From assembly GCF_009914755.1 (NCBI RefSeq), contig NC_060936.1: 64,000 nucleotides of DNA; one strand, written 5' to 3'. Positions 63,170-64,000 of the stretch are shown one piece after another. Position numbers and translations under genes: made by a program. Below the pieces are notes generated by a model. It worked only from the letters and a program-made list of their open reading frames with translations, was not told the DNA's origin and did not search any database. Within the stretch, counting starts at the first letter, position 1, and each line of letters opens with the position of its first letter. Source of the stretch: the human T2T-CHM13v2.0 reference genome, Homo sapiens.

Positions 63170-64000
63170 CCGCCCCCTCATCACCTCTCCTCGGACGGTT
63201 TTCCTCTCCCTCAACAGCACACCTCCTGCAGGCGACAACCTAACTGCAGCCCAGGTCGCCCCCTTGAGCGAGGCGGAGGACAAATCCGTGTGCGCCCCCC
63301 ACCCCCACCCCAGCTCTGCGTCCTTCAAATGCGGGGGCAGGCGTGAAGCTGGCCCGACGCACCCTCTCTGAGCTCTCGGGTGGGAAGAATCCCACCGCCC
63401 CACGCCAAGCAGTGCCGGGCGGGGCCCGGGAGGCGCTCTATCTCCTCAGCCCTCACCCTGACCGAGCCTCTTCTCTACCGGGACCCGCCTTCCCTTCCCA
63501 GCCTCTCACCTGTTCCTGCTATCAGCTGCGCCGCTGCGGCCGCCGCCTCTGCCCCGCAGGTTCCGCTCCGCTCCCTCTGGCTCCCCAAGCCGACTTCAGC
63601 CCGGCTGCTGCCCTGGCCCACTCCCCGGCTCCCTCCTTCCTTCCCTCCACCTAGCACCGGAAGCCGCGACGGCGACTGGAGCTGTGCGGCGTACCCCCAC
63701 CCCCAGCCCGGGATACTTCCCACCTCCCCGATCGCGCGAGAGCTGCGCGGTAGCTAGCGGCAGTTCTCGCGAGACCCATCACCATGGCAGCGGCTGCAGC
63801 ACCGGCAGCCGGGCGCTGGAGCTGGAGTCAGGGCGGGGGCAGGTGTGGGGGCTGTGGGCGGCGGAGGCGGGAGCCGTGAATGGGGATGAGACAGTGAGGA
63901 CTGAGGTGACAATCCCAAGCTCCAGGGTTGTGCCTGGAATTTAAGGACTGAGGCGGCAAGTTGGCTGCGTAGGAGACGGGCTGGGCTGAGGGGCCCAGGG
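63170..64000. promoter_or_regulatory. ARF3: ARF3 CpG-island promoter
   Basis: High CpG density; TCTCGCGAGA at 63765-63774, ETS-like CCGGAAG at 63657-63663, GC box at 63831-63840. Confidence 0.85.
63510..63690 (-). other. ARF3: ARF3 non-coding exon 1 (TSS approximate)
   Basis: Strong donor GAACAG|GTGAGA at 63510/63509 within the CpG island, upstream of the acceptor at 47395. Confidence 0.75.

Overview
Human (hominoid) genomic DNA, recognisable as the 12q13.12 CCDC65-FKBP11-ARF3 locus. Three spliced genes can be reconstructed with canonical GT-AG junctions: CCDC65/DRC2 (+, 8 coding exons, 484 aa), FKBP11 (-, 6 exons, 201 aa) and ARF3 (-, 4 coding exons plus a non-coding exon 1, 181 aa). The rest is very Alu-rich. 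It also holds a full-length SVA with TSDs, an RPL32 processed pseudogene, a Y1 RNA pseudogene, a MER85 piggyBac MITE, an ERVL/MLT2 remnant and L1/L2/MIR/MLT1 fragments. I found no new multi-gene biological system. The most interesting signals are: a near-identical inverted ~260-bp templated duplication with a fold-back junction (4.4/8.2 kb); a possible lineage-specific premature stop in CCDC65; an alternative CCDC65 terminal exon that would nest FKBP11 in its intron; and a phase-compatible ARF3-FKBP11 read-through. Gene and repeat names come from recognition, not database searches, and repeat boundaries are approximate.
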